Positions 47,973-61,050 of a stretch of DNA of 64,000 nucleotides are shown here, in pieces; the first letter of the stretch is position 1, and each line of letters begins with the position of its first letter. This DNA comes from Macrostomum hystrix (lineage: Eukaryota; Animalia; Platyhelminthes): contig CATNEN010000038.1 of NCBI GenBank assembly GCA_950097015.1, positions 25,792,001 to 25,856,000 on the forward strand, read 5' to 3'. The notes under the pieces were generated by a model. That model searched no databases, was not told the DNA's origin, and saw only the letters and a list, made by a program, of their open reading frames with translations. Both the position numbers and the translations under genes were made by a program.

Positions 47973-50900
47973 ATGCTAACAAAACAGAATTCTCAAGTGC
48001 GTTTGAAAATTAATTATGCAGTTTTCTTATGCTTTCTGCTGACAGCACCAAGCACAATGTGCACTAATAGTGAGGAAGTCAAGATCAAGCATTCGTTAGA
48101 TCAGGTATTAAATCTAATTAGTGATCGCTTGAAGACGCCAAGTTTTCTCGCAGGTGGAACAAACGATCCGTAAGTTGAATATCAACATTCTTCTTGACCA
48201 CTCTCATACTTGTTGTTTGATGCACTTCTTAATTTTATTTGCAAGAGGGATGTGATCACTGACGCATCATTTGACCACTCAACTTTCACACACTCACAAG
48301 GGTGAGTACATGTGCCCACTCTTACTTATGGTCAGGCAGTTTAATCTCTCACTGTGCCCTGGAGCTAGGTACGCCCTGAGAGGTGTGCATTGTGTGTGAC
48401 AGTGAAAAGATATTGGATGGTATTTAGAATACCCACATTTATCTTCTTTCTGCACCTCTCACAAGATTCGACCAATTACCATACAATGGAGAACACGGGC
48501 AAAATTTTTCACTCTTTTCGATGAAATTACTCCCAGAATCATAAAATATCGGCATCTACGAGATATTCAATGGTTCTTGTCGGGGTGTTCATCGGGGTAA
48601 CCATGTCGGCTATTGTTATTGTTACTATTTTTGACAATACTGTATTGTAGCCGTCGCGCGTCGGGCGTCGGACTCACGACTTGAAGGTCGGGGGTTCGAT
48701 TCCCGACTCCACTAGAACAATTTGTCCTTTAGCAAGACACTTAACTCTGCATTACTTCAGTTCACCCAGCTGTTAAATGGGTACCAGCATTAGCTGGGAT
48801 AATTGAAGGTTGGTGTGGCGTCCCTCCAGTCCATGGACTGAACAGCTGTACGCAGCCTTCAGATGCGCCGAGCACATCTGTCGGCAGCACATCTGACCCA
48901 ATTGGGGACAGGTGTAATCAATTTATTATTCATATTATTATTGTGTTGATTATAATGCTACTTTTATTACCAATATGGACACTCGATAAAGGTTTTTACA
49001 AATAAATGTTAGCTGTCATCGTCGCCAGGGTCTTGGACAAGAATCACTGCATTTTTCGACGATGTTGAGCCGTTGAGCCGACATTGTAATTGGCGGAAAA
49101 TTTTGATCCATGTGATGGATGTTCATAAAAATCGGTTGTTTCGTTTTGGACCTATCGTGAAGTGAGTAGTGGGTTTTTGAAATACCCTATTGTATTTCTA
49201 CTGTATGTCCACGGCTGCGCCCAAAATGAATATGGCCTCGCAGTGGCTTCGAGCTCGGAGATTTGAAGCTCAGATACACTTTAACCACTCTGTCACTCAC
49301 CCCCAAGGTCGCAGTAAACATTTTATGAGGTAAAGAAAATGTTAACATCAATCAAGTTTGTCCATTTCAGCATCGACCTCTGTAGCATTCCTGAGAACGG
49401 CAGCTACATCAGCTTGTTGATCAGAAGTCCTCTCGATCCGGTCAACAAAAGTACATACCCGCCGAACAAGCGCTGCCAGAAAACGATAAAAGCAGCCACA
49501 CCTGGCTCAAAACTAGTACTCTCGTTCGAAGCAGACAGATTTCACTTAGAGGACTCGGAAGGATGCGTACGGGACTACCTGCTGATTGAAGACGCGATGG
49601 ATGCATCTCACGTTGTGCGCTGCTGCGGATTTCGATGCGGAAATTCACCCGTGAACTCCGACTATGTGTTTATCAGTGAGTCTGGCAGTCTCAACCTGAC
49701 GTTTGTATCCGATCATGTGATCCAGAAGACGGGTTTCAGAGCTCAACTGGCTGAAATAATCAAACCGGAGTGCATTGGCGAGCCAAACCTGCTTGCAACG
49801 GTACTGGAAGTGACCGCTTTGCAGACTAACTCGTCTAGCGACTGTCGGGTCACAATCAAGGGAGCTAGTCACGACGATGTACTGCGCGTCAAGTTCCAGA
49901 GATTCCGTCTGCCATACTCGGGACCGAACTGCGTTTATGACCGGCTGGAGTTTCAGTTCAACTATGCGCCTGAGAATGGCACCAGCACGAAGACTATGTG
50001 TGGCATTCAGAGTATGCCTGAATTCATCATCAACGCCAACAAGGTGCAAGTTCGCTTTGTGAACGACCTGAGTCGCTTGCCCGGTATCTTTAGTTTCCGG
50101 TACTTCAGTATAAACGAGCGTTTCTGGGTAACACTCCGACAGCCGTACTACTACCATCACGAGCAGCAACACCCTTTGGCCATTTCGGTGCACGAGCTGG
50201 AGCCCAATCAGCGTTGCCGATACTTCGTGGATTACATAGATGATATTGTTGTCACTTTCTACGAGTTTAAGTTTAGCACCGTCGTTGGTCGCAGATTTAG
50301 TGCGCAAGTAATATTGTCGCCGCCGGACAACGCAACGACAGTACAGTCCCTGCCTAAGGCCATGGTCTACTTCTCTGACCGATTTATCTGCACAACGCCT
50401 TCAAAACTGCTGAACATTCAGGATCGATATGTGTATCGAGTTCCGATTGATCCGATTACTTCGAAAGGCACCATTAGCACCCAATCATTCGAAATGATGA
50501 TCTACGTGGCAACTTTTGGCGACAAGCTCCAGAACTCAGTGTACTTAGAAGTTGACACTGACGATTTGGAAATTTACGCCGGACATTTGGATTTTCCAAT
50601 CAGTAAAGGCGCCACATTCTCTCTGACTTATGCCACATTAATTGATTATATGCGTCAGAAGTCTATGCAGCTGCATACGTCACAAATGTTAATTGGTGCT
50701 CCTCGAACAAACGGTTTAAATCACGTCTACTGGAACATTACCTCCTTTGACCTGGACAGTCAGTACAGCGACGAGAGCTGCAACAAGACTGGCCTGTTTG
50801 TTATCAAGCGAGATACGATGACTATAGGAGAGAAGCTTTATGGACCATTCTGCTCGTCCAGCTCGTTGCCAGTGTCCATTCTTAGCCACGAAAGTGAAGT

Positions 50901-53900
50901 CTACTTTCTGCTTTATTACTTTCACGACTTAGACATTCAGGAGAGTGATCCGCCTAGTAGCTCGGTGTTCACTTACAGCCTCGGTGCTTATCCGTGTGAG
51001 ATGTTCGACCTGAGTGAAGTGGTGACTCGCTTGGAGCTTTACCACAAGGAGTGCCTGACAATACTGTCCGAGGTTCAAGTGACGGGCCGCAGAAACAAAA
51101 CAGTGGAAATAATCGGTTCCGAGCCCCTGCTTGTGTTCTCAAAGTTCACCAGTTCAAATCTAATGGCTTTAACTGAAAATCAAAACCAAAACGTTGTAAC
51201 GTTGACGTTGATGAAAAAATTCAACTGCGAGTCGATTGTGTCAATCAAGCGTCGCTACGTAAACGATCGATACTACGCCGTGGTGACGCTCCAGTCTGAC
51301 TGCGACTTCTGCGCAACCTTCTGGACTCTGCACTTGGAGACTAAGTGCCGAGCGCGCATTCCTCACAATGACATCAGCACAATTGGGGGACCCGGTCAGA
51401 GGACGGTTGAGCAGGAATGTGGCATCATGGAGAGTCCTGGATTCCCGTTTCCGTATGAGAAGTACGAAAAACCGATTGTCTGGTTCTTCAACTATACAGG
51501 CCCGAGAAACGTATCAAGCTACTATGCATTCCACTTTAGTGTGTTCGATCTAGATAGCTGCTTTAATAGCTTTCTGACAATCATGGAACGAGTATCAGCT
51601 CGGTATCATGCCCTTTACCAGTGCAACAAACACAGCGGCTCATATTTTTACACTCTCTCGTCAAAGCAGATCTACATTATGTTCCAGGCTAACAAGATTT
51701 CCTACGGACCAATGAAATCGTCTCTGCAGTCTAGGTACCAAGGGTTTTCAATACGGTTTCGTCTGGTTCAGGAGGCTGCCAAGCCAGCGCCAGAAGCTTG
51801 CCCATTGCCCGGCTCCGAGGACTGGATTCTCATATCCGACTCCTGCTACAGACTGGTCAAACCAGCTGAACCTGTTTCTTGGGACCATGCAGATGTTGAC
51901 TGCAAACAGTCTGGGGGCCATCTTGTCAGTATTAACTCGCGTGATGAAATTCGGGACCTAATGGAGCTTATTTTGTACAAGAAGGAATGGCAAGATGAGT
52001 TGTACTCATCTGATGATGTATTTGTCTTCATTGGCCTGCTGGCGACCAGTCACGCATTTGTAGATCAGGAGTGTGCCAGGAGTCGGCCAAGCTCTCGCTG
52101 CTGGCTGTGGGGTAGCAACAGGAATGTTTCAAGAAATGTAAGTTAGTTTGATGTTCTGTTTGAAATTTCCTTTTTATCTTATTATCACCTATTGATGCTT
52201 ATTCAAGGACTTCATATGGAGCAGCGGAGAGCCTCTAACCTACCAAGAATGGTATCCATCACACAACGACAGTCTATTCGAGAAAGTACCAAAAAATCTA
52301 CCAACAGTGGTTCAAGAAAAATTCCCTCAGCCCAACTACTACAATGCGTTCCTATGTGTCGGCATGATGCTGCAGAATCCGCGGCATCACACTAACTGGG
52401 TGCAGGTGCCCTGCAACATGGAAATTCATGGCCAGTCACACATCTGCGAGAAGACGGCTAACCCGACGGCGCTAGAGGATAAGAAGCGCCAGCACTTCAA
52501 GCAGCAGGTGAGCAGTATGCAGAGCCGCGCGAGAGAGTGCAGTGACGGCTGGTATGAGCTAGACGGTAGCTGCTACATGATCGTCAGTGCAGCTCCCAAC
52601 GTTTCGAAGCTGAATAAGAGCGAAGCCATTCAACTATGCAGCGCTCTCAACGCAAGCATCGCACACGAATCGAACAACACAGCCCGCCTCACCGCCATGA
52701 TACGGTCATGGAAGTATCCAATCAATCGTGGACGCATTTACATATTCAGCAGTCCAACGAAACACGCACCTGTTGGACGCGGCTCTGGGAGTCCTCAATC
52801 GTCACGCAGCGAGAGTGACAAAATTTTTATTGACCCTGCTGATGATCTTCTGGAGAAAGAGGAGAGCTTTCGAAATTCTGATGATCAACTCAATGTCGAC
52901 TGGGCCTATATCATACCACCGCGAGCTGTGCTTTGCTGGCGTTCCACCGAACCTATGCCTGACAAATGCGATGGTCACGAATTCCAGTGCCAGGACAGTA
53001 GCTGCATCAGTAGCGATTACACCTGCAATGGTGTTATAAACTGTCCAGGTGAGTTACTAAAAGTCGTTAAAATATGAGTGAAGCTTTACGAGCGTATTTT
53101 CAATTTTATTCATCTGAATTATTTTTAACCACCAATAGGCGGGGAAGATGAAGCCAACTGTACCGAGGTGCTGCAGAGCCGCTACTTTAAATGCGATAAT
53201 GAGCAGCTGGTAACCTGGAGCAGGTATTGCAACCATCGACGAGACTGCGCTGACGGGAGTGACGAGCGGAACTGCCAGTTCGCAGCGTGCGACCCGGAGA
53301 ATGAGTTCACCTGCGAAAGTAGTCGGCGATGTATTCCAATAACAAAAAGGTGTGCTAAAAGGTTTATATGATTTACAATTCGGTTGATAAAGAATTTGTG
53401 CTACGCGTTAATATTTTTCTAAAGAACTAAGGAATTAAAAGAGTAGTTTTTTCCCCTTACTTTTATCAGATGCGACGGCGTGCCCATGGACTGCGAGTTC
53501 AACCAGGATGAGGAGGGCTGTCGTGGCGAGTGTCGCGGTTTCCAGTGCCGCAGTGAGACTTCTCGCTGCCTGCCGCGTTATTTCGTCAACGACACTCAAG
53601 TTGACTGTCCGGGTACCCTGATGGAGGACGAAGATGGCAGTTGTCTACGCGACGGCGACTGCCTTCAGAGTCGGCGCTTCTGGGAGTTTCCGGACTGCGA
53701 CAGTCCACTTGAAGAGAGGTGCATGATTAATCACGTCAAGTGTTTCTCCAGACGCGATGCCTGTATGTTCAACACAAAGGTGTTGGGCAAGCAGGCCTGC
53801 CCTAATTTAGAGCACTTGACGGCGTGCGACGAGTTCCAGTGTCCCGGACAGTTTCAGTGCCAAAGCGGCAGCGGCTATTGCATCCCGACGTTTCGCGTCT

Positions 53901-55822
53901 GTGACGGCATCGCCGATTGTCCGAGCGCCACTGATGAAGCCTCCTGCAATGCAAGCTTTTCTCTTCACTATCACTTCCGATGCAGAGGTCCGGGTCCATT
54001 CGACATTTTCGTTCCCCGCACTCGAGTCTGCAATGGTGCCGCGGACTGTCCAGGTGGTGAGGACGAGCTCTACTGTGACCAGCTCTGTCCCCATGGCTGC
54101 TACTGCATCGGCTACTCAGTCAGCTGCAAAGGTAATGAGACCGCTCACGAGTTTCATCCTGAACAGGTGTCACCACAGACTCGAGCTCTCATTCTTGATG
54201 GCAACAACAAGGTTAAGCTTCATTCGAAATTTCTAGCTAATTTTACCTACCTTGGCCTACTTTCTATTAAATATGCGCTGATTAATAGTCTCCCAGGAAA
54301 TCTGTTTGCCAGCAGTGCCAATCTTGTAGTCCTTGACTTAAGAGACAATCAGATAGCAGCGCTGAATTCCAACACACTGTTTGGTCTGACTAACTTGCTT
54401 GATCTCCGTCTGTCAGGCAATCCTCTGGCGACCATAGAACCATTTGCATTCAGAAGTCTAAGATCAATTGTGAATTTGCAGCTGCAAGAATTGCGAATCG
54501 CCGAGCTGCCAGAGTATGCACTAGCAGGTATGGAGAATCTGCGTACACTCAACCTCAGCAATAATCCTCTATGGAAGCTACACGAGCTTTCCTTCAGCAA
54601 CGGTTCGAACTGGTACTCGACCATCGATCTTCGCGTCTGTGAAAACGTCCTCGTTCACCAGCACACATTCGCTAGCCTTGATCGGGTTGACACTTTTCTG
54701 TCAAACAGCTTCAAGTTTTGCTGCCTGCTGGAGCATACCAGGGCGAACTGTACACCGCAGGACAATGACTTCAATTCGTGCAAGGATCTTCTTGGCCGTG
54801 TCGGTCAGCGAATCGCTGTTTGGATCTACGGAGCTGTAGCACTGGTAGGCAATGTACTAGTCATTGGTGTGCGTCTTTATCGGCGTAAGGTGAAGACATC
54901 GTCCGACTTTATCATATTCAATGTGAGTCTCGCCGACCTGCTGATGGCCGTATACCTTTTGAGCGTTGCCACAGTCGATGCACATTTCCACGACCGTTAT
55001 ATCCTGTTCGACGATCTTTGGCGTCAGCATCCGGCCTGCAGCTTAATTGGAATGGTCTTCCTGATTAGTACTGAGACTTCAATAACTTTCCTAGCCTTTC
55101 TTTCACTTGAACGCTATCTATCGATAGTTGACAGTGTTGGTCGCAGCCATCGAGGACTCACAATGCGCAAGACAGTGTCTGTTGTAGTTGCTACTTGGTT
55201 TGCATCATTGGCACTTGCCTGTGCTATGCTCATTCGTGAAAACAAAATGGGAAACGCCTACAGTAGAACCTCTGCCTGCGTTCCGCTGGTCACTAATTCT
55301 GATCATCTGTGGTCCATCACCCTTCTGCAGTATCTATTTGTAGTCTACAATGCTGCAGCATTTCTGTTAGCAGCAATTTGCTATGGTCGCATATTCATGC
55401 ACATTCGGGCCACAAGGAAGAGCGCCAAGAGAAGATCCATGGAACAGGATCATCTCCTAGCCAGGCGGCTGTTTGTGCTCGTGGCAACCAACCTTGTCAC
55501 CTGGATACCAACCATCATAATGTACCTGTGTCTGGCAATTGGTGTCCACATGCCGATTTCAATGATCACTGGTTTCATCCTATTCGTCTTGCCTGTAAAT
55601 CCCAGCCTGAATCCCTACCTGTACACACTGTCCACCATGCGAATGTTCTGCCGAGAGACGCGCCGGAAAATCGACCAAGCCAAAGTGCTGCAGGCTATTA
55701 GCACGCGAGTGGAGCCGAGGCGCGGGGTGGTCTCGTCGGTTGGCAGCTACCGGCGCCGTTGCTTGGCTGCTCCGCGTGGTTCAACCTCGATAGAGACGCA
55801 GACAGTTGTGTCTGATGAATGA
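47973..55822 (+). CDS. GRL101-like / type-C leucine-rich-repeat GPCR with CUB, C-type lectin and multiple LDLa domains; exons 47973-48169, 49371-52137, 52208-53048, 53139-53349, 53470-55822; 2122 aa
   Basis: Signal-like N-terminus; CUB motifs (YPPNKRC...FHLEDSEGCVRDYL...FVSDHVIQKTGF; CGIMESPGFPFPY); CTLD (SWDHADVDCKQSGGHLVSINS...VFIGL...FIWSSGEPLTYQEW...WVQVPC); several LDLa (CQDSSCISSDYTCNGVINCPGGEDE; CDGIADCPSATDE); LRRs (LDLRDNQI, LRLSGNPL, LNLSNNPL); RXFP-type hinge SCKDLL; 7TM with SLERY and NPSLNPYLYT. All splice phases are consistent (6369 nt). Confidence 0.92.
48646..48943 (+). mobile_element. tRNA-derived SINE family A, near full length, with CORE-like and Deu/Nin-like central segments; GPCR intron 1
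   Basis: B box GGTTCGATTCCC, then TTAGCAAGACACTTAACTCT and CACCCAGCTGTTAAATGGGTACC, and an (ATT)n tail; second copy at 4217-4340. Confidence 0.75.
49210..49301 (-). mobile_element. SINE family B, degenerate head fragment
   Basis: CGGCTGCGCCCAAAATGAATATGGCCTCG...TCGAGCTC...TTAACCACTCTGTCACTCACC matches 38065-38160. Confidence 0.65.
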
Positions 55823-58800
55823 GCTTAGATACGGATATCGTCAATCCCTTTCTAAGCTCATTCATTTGATTAAACTAAAAGAATGAAAGCTCGTTATAAC
55901 CGTGAAATGGTCACTATTTTATGTAATATTTTTTGTTGTTTTTTAATTAAGGTTAGCGCCACTAAACGCTAGATATTTTAGTAGCGATTGTTTTTTGCAC
56001 CAATTTCTTGGAAAATGCACTCTTCCTACTTACTCGAAAGATATGTTAGCAAAAGTAGTAAAGATGGCAAATTTATTTCACTGTTTGGGCTAAATAAAGT
56101 CATTGATATTGATACTCGTAAAATATGTCCAATTCTAACGTTAAGTCACTTAAGGTTGCAGTTACGAAGACGAAACATTTTTTTACTGTTTAAAAGTTTA
56201 AAAGCTATAATATTTGTAAAAATTTTCTGTGTTGAAAAAAACTGTTTGATTCAAGGTAGCGAAAAACTAATGTTTGTCTCAGGCTTCTAACTTTATAACA
56301 TACGAGCGTACTAGAGCATCAATTAATACGCAGCAAGAATCAACCAAAGTCGCGAAAAAAATCAGATGTTTTAACAGTAATAAATTCAGAAAAAAAACAT
56401 TCATCAAGCTTAATAGTTTGAAGTCGCATTTATACATTTCAATCTACGAGTATCTCATAGCAATCTCATAGTATAGTAATCTCGTAGTAGTATGATCGGC
56501 AGTATGATCGCCGTAACTGCGATCGCTACGTTATCCGCTTCAGTAAAGTGCTGCAGAACTGCGTCGGCATAGCACCATAGCAACCATCAGGAGCACAGAT
56601 TACTGATCAGAGCTAGTTCAAACAGAACTATACCCGGTGGGACATTTACTATACGCCCCTCTGTACGCCCCACCGGCGCCCTCCCACCAGTCACCGGTGG
56701 GTGGGCGTACGGTTTGGCCAAGCGCCCCGCTGGTGGCCCGCCGGCGCGGGTCGCTGGTAGGGGCGGGGGGTGGGGGCGCAGGGTAAATAACATTCGGCGC
56801 ATATCCTCAAAGTCTACTGTTAGTAGGCTGTGCTGTATTTTTTGAGCGCCGTAAAAAGCCTAGCAGCAGGTCCGCTCCTGCCCAGCAGCTCCGCTCGCCA
56901 CGCTGCCCCCTCCCTCCTGACCATGTACTTTTCATACGTATGTTTCATTTTGTTGTATGCATGCCATATATATAAAGCGACAGTCACTTTAAATAAATAG
57001 TATTGTATAATATATTATATATAATATAATTATATATAATAAATATTTATTAAATAATATTTAATAAATAAATAAATAATAATAGTACTCGTAACAGCAT
57101 ACTTTTGTCTGCTTGTTTTGTGGATTAAAATGACCGAACCAAGTTTAGGAAAATACCAAGAGTTTATCTCGTATTCCTTGTATTATCCCATTCATCTATG
57201 GCCGAACGAATGCGAACTTTTTTGTACTGTTTCTCTTCGAAACAATTTCTCAGTCCTTCTGACGACCATTGATAATTAATGAACTGGATTCTTTAACCTG
57301 CTCTAGATGAAATTCGTATAAATATATTGTTGCATTCATCATCTGTGAAAAAATATTCGATCATGCTAATTCTTTAAAAAAGCATGATCACATGATCATG
57401 GCTACTAATAGTAAAGCATTTTGAAATGCATGAGGAAGAGGCTTAAATTCTCGCTGTTAAGAACATTTCAATTCGAACTTTCAAGGTGAACCATCAAGTC
57501 AGTACATAAAAAATTACTGCTTATATCCACTCGATTCTTTTTCTTAAGAAAGCGGGTGATTTTGACAATTATATATATATTAATAAATTGGCCCCTCTAA
57601 CCCCAAAATACACAACCTATTTTCACAAATTAAAATAAAGTTAATTCGCTTCAATTAACGTCGTCCAGGTCCTAAAGTCTTGCAAGCCATTTCTTTATTT
57701 TCTTTTTCAGACCAAGTACCCGTCAGAATGGTGAGGCGTCGGGCGACCTAGGCGCATATTCTGCTAGGACGTGAGGGCGCACTTATCCCATAGCACAGGA
57801 GCCAGAGGTACCTGAAGGCTGAGGTCGGTGACTGTGGATGTATCGTACATTAAGCTCAACTATGGTGCGGCCGCCATAGGATCGGTTTGAGTACCCGTGG
57901 GTCGGCTCGGTGGGGAGAAATATTGCAAAAATCTGCGTAAAAATAAACCGACAGATAATGAAAATATCGAAAAAAACCGGAATGGAAAACCCCCTGCCAT
58001 GGCCTGCTCAAACAAGAGAGCAGGTGTGTAGCATCGGGAAACTTCGCCTCAGAGCCTAGTCTGAATCACACTGCAGAGGTGTCGGCAGTCGCCATTTGTG
58101 AGTTGCGCCTGTTATCTTTGTTTTAAATAGGTAAAATCATGACTCCAAACGAATGTACGTATTTTGCCTTACACTAATTGGCGAGGGTAAGGGCGCATTC
58201 TACCTAGGCCCTGAGAAACGCCGTTCGGCACAACACAACTTAGGACATGCACAGCATTTAATAGCTAAATTTCACCATTAGATTTGGGCAAGCGGTCATC
58301 TACCATCCTTCAATGTATGCAAAGTGCTGGAAGTATTCAATTTAATCATACTCGTACGTCTTTTAATTTCTAATTATTTTATTTCCTAGAGTCACAGTAG
58401 CCGGACAGTGTTGATTTCTCGGCGGATTCTGATTATTAAGAAGGATTTCATGGTGGAAAAAGATAAGCATTTGTTGCACCCGACTCACATAATTGCTGCA
58501 TTCATTTATTTCTATCAAGATATCCCAGGGGGCCGTGGAAAGAGAGGCTGGGAGGAAGTCTTATCAGAGGAAAGACTGAGTTTAAGACTCCCTGACTCTT
58601 AAATCGGGTCAGTTTCAAGCTAGGATTCGTTAGAGAGATTTTAAGAAAAGGGCGTAGAAAGCTTTAAAAATGTTTTTGAAAGTGTCAAGTGCAAAATATG
58701 GCTACTTTTTAAAGGCTTCCAACACAGGCTTGACCTCAGACCCTTACGTTGTAAGGCTGGTTGTTCCAAATTGCAATGCTGCACTCTGCCAAAAAAGGCA

Positions 58801-60557
58801 CGCAGCGAATGCCATTGGCTGTCACTTCGGGAGCATATAGAAAAAACGGGTCCCAATGCAGAGCTCGATCGGGGAAAATGGAAGGAAAATTGGAGGACCA
58901 ATAATTAACTATTTATGCCCTGTCGTCAGTCGTTATCAATTCCAATACGGAACGAATCGCGGTGTCAAGCAGGCATCAAAAGGCTCGGAAATCTCTAGAG
59001 AAATCCGCTTGAAGTTGAATTCGAATCCATCTAAAAGAGCACATTCACTGTCTAGATAAAGAAAAGGTAATTATTTATACAATAGACCCAGGCCAACTAG
59101 CTTGCGATAAGTCTTCTGGTAAGTTAACTGCGAGTTAATTTACCGTTTTAATCTGATTATAGCTAAGAAAACAAATAGTAGCACAATGACGTGCCTGCAT
59201 AAGAACTCCTATCGGGAGCTAAATGCGAGTATAGCTGCCATCATTATAAGTTGGCCAGCAACTCCGGAAACTTGCTGGTCCTCCACCCACGAATACGAAA
59301 TGGCGAGGAAGAGAGACGATGCAGCGGGGAGGATTTACATTGATGAAACGCATTCTTGTCACAGCATGACCGATGTACCAGCACCAAGGGACTCTGACTC
59401 AGGGGGATTGCGTGGGGTCTAGAGCCGACAATGCCAAGCAAATTATACGTTTCACTATCGCAGCAGTAAATGCCCTTGCCAGCAACTAGCGCCCAAAGCG
59501 AAGGCGGGGAGTTAAAAAATAAGGACATCAGCCTGGATAGAGGAATGGCGATTGAGGATACAGAGGATCAACAGTACTAGATCATCCCTAGCTCTCGTTG
59601 CAGCTCTGCACTGCTCTCCCTCTCTCTTCCTTGGCCCCTCCTTTGGGAAAACTTCTCTCTCCCATGGTTGGCAGCAATTGCTCCAGGCTTAACAGCCTGG
59701 CTTACAAGCGCGTCTGACTGAGCGAGTGGTTGAAGGAGGGACATAAAGAATCGACTATTAGCAGAGATTTATGGATAGATTTATCGACAGTATCAGCATT
59801 TCGAAAATTCCGTCAGCCCTGAGCTACGAGCGTAGACAGCCTTAATGGCTAGTGATTCTAGTTGCATCGTGTTAGTTTATTAATGTAGCAAGGTGATCGC
59901 TTTTTTAGCAACCAAAGTGGCAACTGAAGTAGTTGTAGGGGGTAGTAACTAAAGTATCTGGCTTAAAGATTTTTCATTTAAATAAATTTCTGCCTGCTAT
60001 TTATACAGGTGCAACATCTTGGTCGTCAAGATACCAAAAGATGTTATAATAATCTTATTTCGCAATCACCTAAAAACCATGTAAAATTTATACCAAGGAT
60101 AAGGAATTGTGCTTAACGTAATATTAGCGAATCGTTCTCAAATATTTAAATGGTTTCTATATTTAACCGCTAAGTTTTACGCTTGGTTCTTGTAACGCTG
60201 TTCATGAGCTTTTATTTAATTTTTCCCGCACGCACTGGGATTAACGAAATATTTTGTGTCGTAAAAATGTAAAACGACTCGTGTGTTCTCCGCTCTTATT
60301 GTAACATAAAAGTCTGCTTACATTAAAATCAGCTGTCAAGATACATGGCTGCTTTCTAGTTCAGGATTAGATACGAGCTACGCTTCACAGCTTTTTAACA
60401 AGAATATAATATAACCTAGTATATAAGGACTAGCTAGAACGTGCCCCCTAACAGAAAAAAAATCAGGAACTAACCCTTATTTGTATTGTGTGCATTTTAC
60501 ACTGTGATAAAAAACTATTAAAATTTCAATAGCTCACTAAACTGAGTGATAGGTTTC

Positions 60558-61050
60558 GGTGGCAGAGCCGTTAACATGTTTGCCTCTCGCACCAATGTCT
60601 CCGAGCTCGATTCCGCGGCGAGGCCACATTAATTTGTACATTCATTCAATATAACAATGATAATTGTAGGAGGGCTGCGGGCAATGGCACATCATTTGGT
60701 GACACTAAACCCGCAGTCAGTGAGGAGGCAATTCTGTCCATTTCGCTGACTCCCGGGCACACACGCACACGCACACGCACACACGCAGGCATACGCTCAC
60801 ACAGGTGTGTACATTTGCCCTGACTTTCTCATCATCAGGTAGTGCACATTTCACTCTGCCTTGAAGGTTGGCCCTTACGAGAGTAAATTGCTCAACAAGC
60901 CCCCAAGCTTTCTCTCCGCGGCTGCACCCCAAATAAATGTGGCCTCGCCGTGGAATCGAACTTAGTGGCCTTGGTGCGAGAGGCAAACGCGATAACCGCT
61001 CTGCCATCGACCCCCCTCCGCAGCCCTCCTGCAATTAACTATTATTATTA
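60558..61050. mobile_element. SINE family B composite: full minus-strand copy 60655-61008 flanked by a plus-strand head (60558-60636) and a plus-strand tail (61018-61050)
   Basis: tRNA-like head TGGCAGAGC.GTTA...TTCGATTCC; internal (GT)-rich tract; tail CCGCAGCCCTCCT.CAATTA followed by (ATT)n. Confidence 0.8.

Noticed and set aside
34311-55822. Secreted protein and neighbouring LGR as a ligand-receptor pair
   Set aside because: Known type-C LGR ligands are insulin/relaxin-like peptides with six Cys; this protein has two. Proximity alone is not evidence.
60815-60845. Hammerhead ribozyme in SINE B (minus strand CTGATGA-TGA-GAAA)
   Set aside because: No stem II between the core boxes and no clear stems I/III; it folds more simply as a CCTGAC...TCAGG hairpin.
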